A stretch of 64,000 bases of DNA from the human T2T-CHM13v2.0 reference genome, Homo sapiens: NCBI RefSeq assembly GCF_009914755.1, contig NC_060930.1, one strand, 5' to 3'. Positions 27,309 through 43,164 of this stretch are shown in pieces. The first letter of the stretch is position 1, and the number at the start of each line of letters is the position of its first letter. The notes beneath the pieces were generated by a model that searched no databases, was not told where the DNA came from, and saw only the letters and a list, made by a program, of their open reading frames with translations. The translations under genes and the position numbers were made by a program.

Positions 27309-27530
27309 TGCAACCTCCGCCTTCCGGGTTCAAGTGATTCTCCTGCCTCAGCCTCCTGAGTAGCTGGGACTACAGGCACCCGCCACCATGCCTGGCTAAT
27401 TTTTGTATTTTTAGTAGAGACGGGGTTTCACCATATTGGCCAGGATGATCTCGATCTCCTGACCTCGTGATCCACCCACCTCAGCCTTCCAAAGTGCTGG
27501 GATTACAGGCCGGAGCCACCTCGCCCAGCC
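27309..27530 (-). mobile_element. Alu lacking its 3' end and tail
   Basis: starts abruptly at tgcaacctccgcc, no poly-T. Confidence 0.9.
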
Positions 27531-28249
27531 ATACTATCTTTTTGTCTCAACTTTCCTCTAACTCTGCATTAAAAAACAAACAAACAAAAAAACCCAAAAA
27601 ACCCATATCAACATCACTATTTCCTTAGCAATAGCTGTGAGGATTTCTTTTTTTTTTTTCCCTGCAAGTAAAGCCACCGTGTCAGTTTTACTACTTATTC
27701 CAGCTTTACCCTTCCTGGTATGACACAGTCTGTTGCCGAGGCATGGCTGAGTGGCATTGCTGTGAGCTGTTCCTTATGGCTCCTGGCTTAGTCGTGAGTC
27801 CACTCACCATGGGCTTCCAGGCATCTTGTTACTAGGATAACTGAATTGTGCCCACGTGCAATGCAGAGATAGCCCTTGGGCATCTGTTTTAGATGTCTCT
27901 TTGGGCCAGGTGGGTCCATTTATAAGATTTCTCAAGAATCTGAGAGGAACCTCAGAAGAAATGCACTCTTCCCTTCTTTTCTGTCTTTTTTCTTTTGATC
28001 TAGGAAAAGTAAGATTAAACTAAAATTTCTGAGTCATCTCACCCACTTCAAAATTTCTTGGGACTTCTTGGGTATGGAGTGCTGGAGAATGCACTATTTA
28101 GTTTTATTTTTCCAATACCTTCTTATTGCCAATAAATAAATGTTTTCTTTTTAAAACTATTTCTGCTTGTCCTTCTTTGAATTGTAGTGATTAAGTTGCA
28201 TGTAACATTTATTACTGAAAAATAGTAATCTAGTAAGCTATACCCTAAT

Positions 28250-28810
28250 AGCTTTCTTACTTATCACTGTCCCTCCAACCTTATCCTCTTTCCCCACCAT
28301 CTTCCATTCAACTGTCTCTTCTCTTAAAACCTTTCTATAGCTCCCATCTCTATAAGATAAAGTCAGAGCTCCTCTATGTGCTATGTGAGCCTCTTCTTGC
28401 CCCTCCATCTGACTTTGATATGTCTCTCCATCTTCATTGACCTCAGTTACCTGTGCTGGACATCAGTCTCTGCTGTAACATAAAGTGCTTCTAGTTAGCT
28501 CATTTCATGCCTCTGTCTTCTTGAGAGTTCCAGCCTTTTCACCTTCCTTAAGTTGCAGTTTGAGCATCACACGTTTTCCAGAAGGCTTTCCCAATTACTA
28601 TCCACAGGCCCCTCCTCTGGGCTCCCGTAATGCTCTCTGTGTACTTTTTTCATAACACTTGAAATTTACCCTTAAGTTATTTCTCTGACCAAGACTCCTT
28701 GACTAACCTAAGGAAGTTACTTGAATTCCTCTATTATTTATTATTGTGTCTTCAATGCAACTGTCATTCCTGGAATGGAGTAAGTGCTCAATAAATGTTT
28801 GTTGAACTGG
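28250..28810 (+). mobile_element. L2 3' portion
   Basis: ends ggagtaagtgctcaataaatgtttgttgaa. Confidence 0.7.
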
Positions 28811-29109
28811 ACTAAACTTAAGGCAGCCTACAGGGTTTGGCAAGCTGGGAAATACTCGTTATGTTGCTGTTGGGTTTTTTTTAACCATTCAGTTGCGTAT
28901 TCCTTTTTTCTATTTCTTTGATTTTCCTTTTCTAATGTCTGCTGACATTTGACTTTACTATTATTTCAGTGCTCTCTCAACTGGAACACACCTAGCTTGT
29001 GTGAGGCTTTACTGTTTTGTTTGTTTGTTTTAATTCTGGCTTTCTATTTGGCAGGTTTCTTAAAGTAAAGCCATTTTAATTTGGCAGGTGTGCTGTTTTT
29101 TAAGAATTA

Positions 29110-29290
29110 AGATGACATCTGTGAGTTGAAGAGACCTTAAAAATGATTTAGTTTGGCTTGCTTATTTTATGGCTAAAGAAACTGAGGCACATGTAGGCTA
29201 AATTACTTTTCAAGATCATACAGCTAATGAGTGGGAAGCTCGGACTGCAGTTCGTTTCTCCTAACCTTGGGTCTGTACTTCCTCATCACA
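29110..29290 (-). mobile_element. MIR fragment
   Basis: aaagaaactgaggcac...caagatcatacagct. Confidence 0.65.
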
Positions 29291-30020
29291 TCTAGTTTAG
29301 CCCTTAGGTTAACAGCCAGTAAAATAACACCTATTTAAATCAAAACTATATTTTTCTTATGTTTAAGAACATCTTAGCTAGTTTTTAAATTATAAAATGA
29401 TATATGCTTTCTGGTTAAAAACTCAGGCAGAACAGATAAGTTGCATCTTTTGAATTATAAGTAAAAATCTTACCTCTGTTACCTGTTCCTCAGAACAAAT
29501 TCCAGTGATTATAAATATTCCAGTTAATACCCTGATCTTGTGGGTCTGGATTTGGTTTTGAAGTTTGGAATTAACCTATATTAAATATCAAACATAATGT
29601 TATGTAGGCCTTTTTTAAAAGGAACCTAGAAAGATAAAAATGGAAGATTCTAATCTAGAGACCATCACTAAAGCCAGAAATCTCTCCCTCAGTGAAAAAA
29701 AGTGATACTTAAATGTTCTGTTGTCTTTATTAGCAGATTTATGTTTAATAACCTTCAGCATTTTAGATGCAATGAGATCCTTTGCCTTTAGTTAGGTTTT
29801 CCTTCCCTCCCTAAATATGGAAACCATAGAAATATTGAAACTAAACTTTCTTTGTAAATTTTAAATCATGATTTTATTTTAAAGCCTTGTTATTCTGTAG
29901 ACTTTAAGGGACATATAAAAAATATCCCTTTGTGTAGAACATAGTAAAACATAAAATTATTTCAAGTGGTTGGCAACTTAAATAGAACTAAAAGAAAAAT
30001 GTTAAGAAAGTAGCAGTTGT

Positions 30021-30304
30021 CGCGGTGGCTCACACCTGTAATCCCAGCAGTTTGGGAGGCCAAGGCGGGTGGATCACTAGGTCAGGAGTTTGAGACCAGC
30101 CTGACCAACATGGTGAAACCCCGTCTCTACTTAAAAATACAAAAATTATCTGGGCGTGGTGGCGCGTGCCTGTAATCCCAGCTACTCAGGAAGCTAAGGC
30201 AGGAGACTCGCTTGAACCCGGGAGGCGGAGGTTGCGGTGAGCCGAGATTGCGCCACTGCCCTCCAGCCTGGGTGACAGAGTGAGACTCCATCTCAAAAAG
30301 AAAG
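30021..30304 (+). mobile_element. Alu (AluS-type), slightly 5'-truncated
   Basis: Alu dimer; TSD gaaagtagca(g/a)ttgtc at 30006-30021 and 30305-30320. Confidence 0.95.
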
Positions 30305-30597
30305 GAAAGTAGCAATTGTCTGTCAGTGGATCAATAAGTATTCCATAGCTTTCCCCTGGGTATTATAAACTACAGGAAGAAAAATTATGCAGTAGCTGTC
30401 CTGTGTTTTATTATAATCTCATGGGCTGATGAAATTTTCTCTTTAGTTTCTGCTAATCAATAAAGTATTTTTACTCTTAGGCACTTTTAGCTGCAGCAAT
30501 AATTCATCATTTTCTTTCATAGAGTATTCAGTAGTCTCAACATTTTTTTGCCTTTATTCTTAGAGCTTGCATATCTTTCTACTTTAATTATTTCTAG

Positions 30598-30924
<327 letters not shown>

Positions 30925-32144
30925 TAAGTTTTTTTGTGAAGTTTGGGTGGATCAGGGTGAAAGGGGGTTTATATCATCAGCTCTAGCCTCCTTCCCTTTT
31001 AAAGCTCCTATTTGTCTACTCAGAAAGCCATTTACTCATTCTTTAATGTGACCTTCAAGAAAGATTATAGCCAGCCTCCTATGTTTTTGCATCTAATTTT
31101 CCCTAAATTTTATTGGTTAAAAAGGGTACTGCTACTTGTTACTAGTAAAAACCCTAAATTGTTTGGAAGTGCTCTTTAAACTGATGTATGGCAAAGTAGT
31201 TAATTTAAGCCAAGTACTATGTGTCATGTAGGTGGTCAGTAAATACTGGTAGAAACAACCACTCAGTAATTTTAAACCATGCTGGAGAGCCAACAAACAA
31301 CTCCATTAAAAACGAAAAGTATGTGCCCCTAAAGAACAGCTATGTCTGACAGTATTTGTGAACTGTGGATCCAAGAATAGGGAATGAGAATGGTGTATTT
31401 GGAGAGTGGGAGTGGAGCTGGGAGAGGAAAGGAATGATATGGGCACATTCCATGTTGCCGGCTTAGAGGTTGTGGAGAACCTAGTCATGGCAAGAAATAG
31501 AATCCATTGAAGACAATGTATGCTGGTGAATAAATGTTCTGTTATACATTCCCACAGACGAACTAGTTGAATTATCTTTGCAGACTTTTTTCACTTTTTC
31601 AGGACATACAGTAGGTTAAATCAGGTTGATGCAGTAGCTCATGGTTAACCACTTAAAAATAAAAGTCTGACTTGTCTACCCTAACCTGGTAGACCAGTGT
31701 TCCCTAGCATCATAAATGATTTTCCTTGTTTGTACCTGTCCTGCGTAAGTTCTAAGACAGAACAGAAACTTGCTCTTTGAGAACCACAGTAAGCAGTTGA
31801 GCACAGTCTGACATGTCTGTTTTGCAAAAGTTCTCTTTCCAGAGGTTTATAAGAATATTTGCAGACAGCTTTTCCCTTTCCTTTCTATCCTCTTCAGGCA
31901 GAAGACAACTAGCTGACACCTGTTCAGCCAGCAAGTTGGTGTTTTTCTGAAATGTACACTGATGTTTTATCTTTATGCCATTAGACTTGCTAATTAAAAA
32001 TTCTGCCCTTAAACTCTCAGGAGGAGAAGAAGACAGGAAGCCCTCAATACACTCTAGGTGTATGGTATCAGTTGCAGAGAAAACAGTGGTATTTTATTGT
32101 GAATTTCATGCATGTACAATTCACTTTTGCTGTATCAAGTGTCA

Positions 32145-32498
<354 letters not shown>

Positions 32499-34092
32499 TT
32501 AAACACCCAAACTAACACTGTCCTCCTCTTGCTCCTCAGGATGTCTGGAGTTTAATTCCCTTATTACTCTCCCTTCCATTCATTCTTAGTCTGCAGCTGC
32601 CTAGATGGTTCTCCTTTCTAGCCTCTGATTCCTACCCCTCTCCTTTTTTCCCATTTTGTGTCTTTTTAAAAAGTCTTAATGCTTTGAGATAAAATATATT
32701 ATTAAACCAGAGTGTCCCTCTCACCCTCTACTGTACTATTTTAATGGAAAGTATTATTTTAGAATACATTTTTTATAATGTTCATTATTATATATTTTCT
32801 GTTAATATCTGTACCTGCTTTTGTCAGTGTTCAAGATTTTTTTGTTTTGTTTTGTTTGTGGACTTAATCAGCTTCTGTTACTATTATAGCATTGTGGATA
32901 CTGATTGTTTACTGAATAAAATGCCACTTTGATCTTGAAATTGACTGATTCTTATTAGGTCACTTTGTGAAATTAAATGAAAAAGAGAGAGTTTTCTATT
33001 CTTGGTTGTTAGTAATTTTGTCACCATAGCAAGAAACTGTGATTTCTTCTTCCTGCATGCTCAAGTAATGGCCTGTTCTCACATACCAGAAAGAAACAAT
33101 CAAAGAACAAATTCTTCCTTGGAGAAGATTGGGCATACCTGGTGTCCAAGACCTTTTGGAAAATGCACTTGAAACAGTGAATTGTTGAGGAAATCTCATA
33201 TATGCATAAGTGTACTACATTTAAAGCAAATTATTTGAAACTTGGAAGCTTTCCTTGTGGCAAGGCTTCATTCATTTCTGAAAGGATTCCCAAATAGTTT
33301 CTTTAGAGCATTTAGCACATTTAGTTAACCAATATTTAGTAACCAGTACAACTTCTTGGAGATGGAATTGTTTTGCATAGAAGACATACCTGTTTAATAT
33401 TCCACAAAATTTGAAAGAACATGGAATGGCCATTTGATTGCTTGATTCTTACTGTTATCTTTGTGGAGTCTGATGTGGAATCCTTACATAAATTACCTCT
33501 GCTTATGTGGTCAGATGGGTAAACCACATTAGCATTGGCCTCTCAAGCTTCAGTGAAGATAGGACTTCATTTCTCCTCTTGGCACCTAGCACAGTAGTTG
33601 GCATTAAATGGGAAAGCTATGGATGTCTCAAGGACTTGGGCCTCCTCAGGATGGTCAGGGGTACTCAGACTAAGAGGGGAGGGTAAAAGCCTTTATATAG
33701 AGTGAGCAGACTTGCAATGCCTTGAACCTGGGGGCACCTGGACACATCTCTCCCATCATGTGTTTGGTTTGCCTATGGTCAGTTAATTTGAAGAAGTTTT
33801 TAGGAGTTGATGGCAGAGCTAGAACTGGACTACGGCTCTCCAGGTCCCAGTCCTGTGTTTTTTTACTACTCTACTCTGCCATTGCCATAGGACAGTTGGT
33901 TCCTGGGGCCCTTATGGGCTCAGTAACTTTCTTTTAATACTCCTGGAAATATCTAACAGTTCATTAAGTAGGTCCAAACATCTTAATAAGTGTTTATGTC
34001 CTAATAACCTAGTAGCTGTTTGAAAAAAATTATACATATAAGTGGAAAGAATGCATATTTTTATTTCATTCTTAAATATTCCCAATTATTTA

Positions 34093-34620
34093 CAGTGAGT
34101 CCTCACATAACATCATCCATAGGTTCTTGAAAACTGCGACATCAAGTGAAACAAAGTATTATGAAGCCAAGTTTACCATAGGTTAATTGATATAAACAAG
34201 AGTTAAGTTACTGTGGCATATTTCTGATCAGAAAAACATCAAACTTCCAAGCAAAAACCCAAAACACTTCTAGTATCAAACATTGACATAAATATGAGCT
34301 ATACATACATTTAAGAAAGGTTAATAAATACAGGTATAATTATTTACCTAATTTTTGGAGAACCAGTGAGGGATGGCAGTTATAATGGTGGTGGGTTAAA
34401 TCAAGGAATAAATGTTTGCAAAGCAAAAATTTTAAGGAGCACTTCCTATGGTGCAGTTCAAAGACAATCATGAATAGGGTAGGCTCGCTGATTATTTTTG
34501 TACTGCATCATTTATTTTTGTGCATTTGTATGATTTTCATACACTTTGTTAATTTTTATTTTACAGTAATTTGTATTCATTCATTCATTTTCCATCCCGC
34601 TTATTCCAGTTCAGGTGAAT
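34093..34620 (+). mobile_element. TcMar-Tigger-type DNA transposon fragment (MER82-like)
   Basis: TA then cagtgagtcctcac...ggttcttgaaaactgcgac; subfamily from recall, right end uncertain. Confidence 0.6.
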
Positions 34621-36147
34621 GTTAAAATTTTTTACCTGCCTTGTCTCTTTCCAAACTGGCTGGGGTGTTTCATTTAATGATTGAAATTTTACATCTTTCA
34701 TCATGCCTTCCCCAATGATTGACAGGTGAAATAGATCCCAGACTTGCAGGTTGTACTCCCCACACAATAAGCACTTTAGTCCTTTGTCTTTACACAGAAG
34801 TGTAGTTGTTCATTGTTTAATTTTATGTATATAACTGGTGTATGTACTGGGATCAGCTTGTACTCTGATACTACAGGAACCTTGGTTGTCCAGTTCTCTT
34901 TGTGTCTGTACCTACCCTGGCATTGTTCTCACATACCAAACAAATACACGTGACAAGGTACAGAGTATTGCCTCCTTTATTCCACTTGCTTCCAACATCA
35001 CATCATAGGCAGTCAAGCTCAGGTTCTGGAAGATTTATGCTAGGACCACTTTAGCCTGTTCCTGCATTGTCACTTTTTTGGCCTAATGCGGCTGTACTCA
35101 ATTTCTAGAAAAAGTTGTTTACAAGAAGCAACTATTAAAAAAAAACAGCTTCTGTTGCTCTAAAACCTTCCAAGAAAAAATAATTATTGTCTATTAATAC
35201 TGCTTAATATTTCTGATGTAATATTAGGGAGACAATAAATTTATTTTTAAAGAAACAAATGCTTTACCAAAAGAACTGGTAAGCTTCTTCCTTTTTAATA
35301 ACATTTCCAACATTTATTTTCCTGCCTTTGTTGCCAGTAAGCTTAAAGCTAATTCTGATAACCAGTGAGAGCAGCTGTGTTCTTTTCTGTGCGATGAAGG
35401 GAGAGATGATGCTGACAGTCTCGGTGGGGTAGGGACTCTTTGAGGTGCATATACTGTCTCATGACACCCTTCCTCCTGAGGCTAGCTTTACCCATCCTGA
35501 GCTTTATTAGCTTCCTCTGTGAAATGGAGATAAGTGATCTGCCCAGGTGTGCATTGCTGGTGGGTGGTAGAGCTGGCATTTGAACTTAGTTTCTTCCTTG
35601 AAGATACTGCATTTTCTTTACTGCATGCTTCTCATAATGAACACATTAGTGTCTCCCCTCTTTCATGGCCCTAATGTTGTTTCGTGAACCTTTTTGCATA
35701 TTTGCAATTTTTAAAGACTTATTTAAATCCCCTTTAGAAAAAAGTTGGGGTATAATTAAGTGAATGACTTTCTATGTCACTGCAGATGCCGGTTGGCATG
35801 GGAGAGCATGCAGTGGGGTCTTACTGAGTCGAGTTCCAAGTCTTGGGACAGGATTTCAGAAAACTATCTGAATTAAAAAAATTGATATTTAGATATGCCC
35901 TTAAAAACAGTGCCTAGTCAACAATGGCTTTTTACTTTACTATCACTAAAAACACTTAGAAGATTCCACTGGTAAGGCCAGGAAGGATAATTTTTGCTTT
36001 AAGGAGTTTTGAAATGTTGGTACAATGTGTGAATGAATTTGTCTTTCAAAAGAACATTTTAATACTGAAAATATTTTTCTTGGGATCAGTTATATCAGTT
36101 TCTACTCAAGCCACACACTTTGTGTTTTACTTTTTAAAAATGAGTTA

Positions 36148-37750
36148 CTCTTCAGATGACATGATCTTATATAGAAAGAATCCTAAGGAATCTGCAAAAA
36201 TTATTAGAGCTAATAAATTAATTCAGGAAGATGGCAGGATACAAGATTACAAAACAAAAATCAGTTATATTTTTATATATCAGCATTAAACAATTCTATT
36301 TACAAAACACAAAAAAGTATAAAATTCTTAGGATAAATTTAACAGAAGAAATGTAGGACATGTACATGCTAAGTATAAAACATTGAAAGATTTAAAGAAG
36401 ACTCAATAAGTGGTAAGATAATGTGTGTTCATGGGTTGATACTTAATATTGTTAAGATAGCAATACTCGACAAGTCGATCTACAGACTCATCTTAAGCCC
36501 CATCAGAATCCTTACATATGTCTTAATTGATTTTGACAAAGATATCAAAACAATTCAGTGGAGAAAGAATAGTCTTTTTAACAAATGCTGTTGGGAAAAC
36601 TATGAACATACAAAAGAATGAAGTTATACTCCTACCTCATGCCAGACACAAAAAGCTAAATCAAAATCAGAGATCTGAATATAAGAGCTAAAACTGTAAA
36701 AGTCCTGTAAGAAAACAGGGGTAAATCTTTGTGACATTGGATTAAGCAGTGGTTTCCTAGCTATGACACCAAAGTCTGTGTAACAAAAGAAAAAATGGAT
36801 AAATTGGACTGCATCAAAATTTAAAACTTGTGTGCATCAAAGAATACTTTCAAGAAAGTGAAAAGACAACCCACAGAATGGGAAAAAATATTTGTAAATC
36901 ATATATCTTATCAGAGTCTAGTTACCAGAATATATTTAGAACTTTTACAACTCTGTAATAAAAGAACCAACCCAATTAAAAATGGTTAAAGGATTCGAAT
37001 AGGCATTTCTTCAGAGAAGATATGCAGATAACCAATAAGCATATGAAAAGATGTTTAACAGCATTAGTCATCAGGAAAATGCAAGTCAAAACCACAATGA
37101 GATGCTACTTTATACCCTCTAGGATGATTATAATTAAAAAGATAAATGCTAACAAGTGTTGTTCAGGATGTAGAGAAATTGAAACCCTCATATGTTGTTG
37201 GTGGGAGTGTAAAATGGTTTAGCCCCTTTGTAAAACAGTTTGGGGAGGTCCTCCTTAAAATTGAACATAGTTACCATGTGACCTAGCAATTCCATTCCTA
37301 GCTATGTATACTCAAAAGAATTGAAAACCTAGGAGGGTTATTATTGGCATTATTTATAATAAAAAGGTAGAAACAACTGAAATTTTCATCAGTGGGTAAG
37401 TTGATAAACAAAATGTGGCATATGTATACAGTGAAATAGTATTCCTGGATGAACTTTGAAAGCATGTTAAGTAAAAGAACCAGACACAAACAATCACATA
37501 TTCTATGACTCACTTTTTACAAAATGCATGCTATAGTCAAATCCATAGAGACAGAAATTAAATTATTGGTTGTTGGGTGTTGTGGGGTGGAGGAATGACT
37601 TCTAATGAGTATGAATTTTCTTTTCGGTATGATGAAAATTTTCTAGATTAGATAGTGGTGATGTTTCTATACCTCCTGAATAAATATATTAAAGACCACC
37701 AAACTGTACACTTTCAAAGGTGAATTTCATAGTTTGTGAATTATATCTCC
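36148..37750 (+). mobile_element. old L1M ORF2 3' part and 3'UTR
   Basis: peptides DDMILYRKNPKES, IQWRKNSLFNKCCWEN, NKHMKRCLTALVIRKMQVKTTMR; many stops. Confidence 0.9.
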
Positions 37751-39647
37751 GTAAAAAGAATGGACCTTAGGCAAATTTGAAGCTGGGTACTGCTGAAGGA
37801 TGATGTTATACCTGGGAAACCGACCCAGTTTATTCTTACAGGAAATACTCTGTAATGTAACCTTAAAAGTAGTGTGCTAAGATCATTTTGTTTAGTTACT
37901 TGCACCTGGTGATCAGGCAGGTACACATAGCCAGAGTCTCCAAAATGCTCAAGTGATGTAGAGTGAGAGTGGAGGTCAAGAGCACACAAAAACTCCAGCG
38001 GCAACTGATGGAAAATTCTGAGGTTCTGGGAAGCCTATGATTGTGTCTGGGAGCATGCTGCTTTGTCTTTACTTGATATGCCCTTCCATGAGATTCTGTA
38101 TCCTTTACCGTTAAAGAAACGAATACCCTCAAATATGTTAGCCTAAATATCTCTACTCCCTGTTTAACTGAGTTGTCTTCTCCAAAAATAGCATTCTTAG
38201 AGGAGAAGGAATATATGTAATGAAATAGTCCAGTACCCGAAACAGTTATTCAGTCACTAAAAGGTCATTATCAATAAACATTTAATTATTACAAGTTGCT
38301 GATAGAAGTAGAATGAGTAGGCCCTAGGTTCTCTGGCAGATTGAACTAGAGCGTGTGGGTCTGATTTTATGTCTGCTGAGTCTGCTGCCCTTGGGAATGG
38401 TGACCTTAATTTTGAGTGAGCTTGAACTAAGTGATCCATGTGGCCCCCGGTCACAAGGCCTAGTGCTAGGCAGCTTACCTATATTATAAGTGCATGCTGC
38501 CTAAAAGGAGTAAATCCTTTTTTTGAAAACTATTACCATATTTAATGTTCTTTTTTGAGTCCTGGGAATTACTATAAAATATTTATTATTTCAAAAACAA
38601 AAATAAAGATTTTTTAAAAAAAGTTTTCTAGAGCAAAGCCACCGTAAGAAAGTTTGTAACCAGAGGTTTTTGAATTCTAATTTGATGCTGAAAGAGTAGA
38701 AGTATTATGAATGTATAAGCAACTCCCCATTCCCCCATTAATAGTTTTTCCCAATCAAATAATGTTGCCATAAATAGTTGTTGTTTTATATATTAATGGG
38801 TTTACAGTGAACTGCCACTTGTTTGTTTGGTCTACCTTAATGTGTTTTACTCTTTATTTTCTTAATGATTTTGGCCGCTAAAATGGAAAAAAATTAACTC
38901 AAGTGGGTTAAAAAGGGTTTTGAAAACATAGTAGAGAACAGATGTAAATTCCTTAAAGTAACCATTCATCCAGTCACTGAAATAGAATCCTAAAAATACA
39001 GTTGGCCTACATTCTGACTTACAAAAGAGTGCAACTTTTGTCCCTGCTATTATGAACAGTGTAAAACATTAAGAATTAGTGTGCTGAGAAGAAATACTTC
39101 ATGTATTCTCTTCCTGCAGGAGCTTGTTAGGTGTGCTCTCCTGCCCCCCAACTTCCTTTGTTGGTAAAAATGGTAGGAATTGACAGGGAGGATAGAAAGT
39201 CATGTTTTTTTTTGGTAGGAGGAGGAAGAAGAGGTCATTCCAGCAGTATTGTGTAGAAATTAATTTGTCAGAAATTAAAATTGAAGGATGAAATGTTTAT
39301 TAATAGGGTTCTAGTTAAAAAAATAAAGGTATCCATAGACAGTAAGATACTGTGCAATTGTTGAAAAAATACTGGTATGTACAAATAAAAAATGAGACAA
39401 AAAAAATCTGGTAAGTGAGGAAAGCAAAGTGCCAGATATATATGTATAGAACGCTACCTTTCTTGTAAAAAAAAAAAAAAGAGGGAGAGAGACTATATAC
39501 ATTCACACCTAAAGAAAGCCCTGCATGAATCCATATGAAATTTTTAAGGTAATTTCCTGTGAAAACGGTTTGGTAGTGGGAAGCTGGATTGATGGGGGAA
39601 AAGAAGAAACTCTTTACTGAATATATTGTTGTAAATATATATAAATT

Positions 39648-40260
<613 letters not shown>

Positions 40261-41444
40261 AGTAGTAGAACTATTAAAGTGTTTAATTTTTAAAATCGCA
40301 TTTGTAAAAGTTTTAGAAATGCCTGATTCTTTCTCGTATCTCTGTAATACCATGTTTAACTGAAATAGTGGATAAAGGCCTGTGGAGGTTGGGTCTCCCT
40401 CTGTCTCTCTTGACCTTCTGATTAAGAGCTTGGGCTCTTCAGCACACAGGATTAGGTTTGGATCCCACTCCCGAAGCTGCTCAGGAGCATGTTCCTTATG
40501 GGGTGCTGTAAGAGATGTGAAGATATTTGAATTCAATGGGTTGCTTTGATGGGACAGGGACTTGATTGAAGATACTGTATTCTGAAAGACCACAAAAGGA
40601 GATTATTCATTCATTCACTTTTGTGTTAATGTCTCTGTTCCAATTCTGCATTTAGGCTGATTCTGTTTTATGTCAGCTCTGTTACTACAACAATTTGGAG
40701 AGAACCATGTTCTGGAGTGGGCTGGTTGGGTTCTACATTTTGGTGAAGGACTGTCCAAGGCAAGCTACTGATGTGAACCAAACCCATAGTTTCATTCTAG
40801 AATCACTTAGTGATACTTGGAACTGAGAATGACTTGTCCAGATTATGCTGTGAGGTTTGGGCTCATACAGGAGGTAGGAGTCTATAGTCAGAGCCTTTGT
40901 TTGCTTTCTATTTCTTCCAGTCCAGTTACAGACAATGTTTGATGAGTTAAAAATTGGCCAATGCCAGATGTAGGGCCTGTCCTTCAAGGAGTTTTTTAGT
41001 AGTGGAGATGACATCCGTGATTAGCAGCATCTTGTAGCAATCTTTCTGAAGACCCTGACTCAAGGCACACACATTTGTAAGGTACCTAGCTGCACTTAGG
41101 GACAAAGGGTGTCTTGAGGAAATAAGGCAAGAAACTGGCTCTGTTAACTTGAAGGGAAAATGTATTATGCTCTAATTGCCATAATAGATATGATTATATT
41201 TATTTTAGGGAAAATCGAGATTCAGCAGTAAACACCTCAGGCAAGCAAGCCTAGCTAATTAGTGAGGGACAAGCAGGATTCAAGCCTGGGCCCCAGGCCT
41301 CTTAGATTCCATGTGCTCTTTTTAGAGTGGCTTTCATCGGTGGCTCTATAGAGTCTGATTATAATATCCAAGTTTCTTTATTTTAAATAGTTTAAAATAA
41401 TTGGGGAAGTATTACCTCAGAATATAAGGATATTCTTTTATATA

Positions 41445-41638
41445 CAGGTTGAGCACTCCAAATCCAGAAATCTGAAATGCCCCCAAATCTGAAACTTTAT
41501 GAGTGCCGACCATTTGCTCAAAGAAAATGCTCATTGGAGCATTTTGGATTTCAGATTAAGTATATTGCAGATACTCCAAAATCCAAAATTTGAAACACTA
41601 ACAGTTCCAAGCATTTCAGATAAGGGATACTTAGCCTG
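41445..41638. mobile_element. Tigger4/MER46-like MITE
   Basis: TA-flanked termini caggttgagc / acttagcctg; internal aaatctgaaa repeats. Confidence 0.8.
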
Positions 41639-42872
41639 TACTTTGTTAATTTTTACTTTTGAAATATTATAAAAATATGATATTTTTTGTTGTTGATGTA
41701 TCACCCATACATCCACATTTTCTTTACTTCCCCCAAACAGTAGAAACTTAAGAGGTTTTGTAGCCAGAACTTTTTTACTTAGCAGGATATTATATCTGGG
41801 TGTTAGCATGATGGGGGTGGGAACTAGGGCATTTCAGCAGTATTTTTGCTCAAGTGTTGTTTGCTTATAGTAACTGTAGCCTATGCCATTTGCTCTGAAG
41901 ACAAAATTTAAAGATAATTTTAAAATGTGTATCACATTCTTAAAATAAAATCAAACAGCAAAAATTCCAGTGTCTCTTTTAAGAAGGTAAGACTTATGTA
42001 TATACCTAAAACTGAGAGGTGTTTTTAAAATTTAAATGAGAGAGTTTTGAAGAACAGAGACACCTGGAGATGCCTCAGTCAGTGAGGGTGAGGGCAGGAG
42101 CTTTGGCATTTGGCCAGGGTTGAATTGTGGTTTTGCCTGTTTCTATCAAGTGGGCCTCACACAAAACCTCACGGTCCTAATCATGTCATGGTAGCATCAT
42201 CAACTTGCTGGGTCATTACTAACCAGATGAGATGGCTCACAGAAGGCGCCCTGCACAGCTCCTTCTGCCTTAGCAGGCTGGTTTCTCCCCCTTGGCTCTG
42301 GTCTATGTTTCAGGCAGGAGATGCTGAGAGCATGGCTGTGGAAACTTGGCATAACACTCAGCATGAGGCTGTGTGAAACTGCTTTGCAAGATGCTTTCAG
42401 TGATGCCCAGTGAGTCAAGTTTTTGATGCAAAGAAGGACATTTTCCTTCTTTCATTAGTGGGTGTCCTTGGTTTGTTAAAATAGGTGTGAAAGTAGTGGA
42501 TTACCGAAGAGATAAAATGACAATCCTAACATTCATTTTAAAAATTTAAATGTGAAAATAGCTGAGGGATTACTGTCTTCTTAATAAAACTGGTTAGGCA
42601 TTACATGGAAATTTAAAACTGAAAACAAAGCCCTTTGTTTTTAAATTTTTACTTTTCAAGTAAAATTATGATTTACAGATTATTTACAGATTGCTTTTGG
42701 AAGGAGATACTGGGTGGTGTACATCTCATCCTCCTCCCCTTCCCTTTGTTGTTTCTTCTACGTAAACACTTGGTCAAGAGAAAGTAGAACTAGAGAACTG
42801 CAACTCCGCACCAAGTTACATTTGATTTGAAGAACGTTGGTGTTAATTTCATGGTGACATATTAGCGGGGAG

Positions 42873-43164
<292 letters not shown>

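Noticed and set aside
31590-31950. Several pyrimidine-rich AG acceptors in intron 4 as a possible alternative terminal exon
   Set aside because: The acceptors I tried give stops within a few to about 20 codons; cannot be supported without transcript data.
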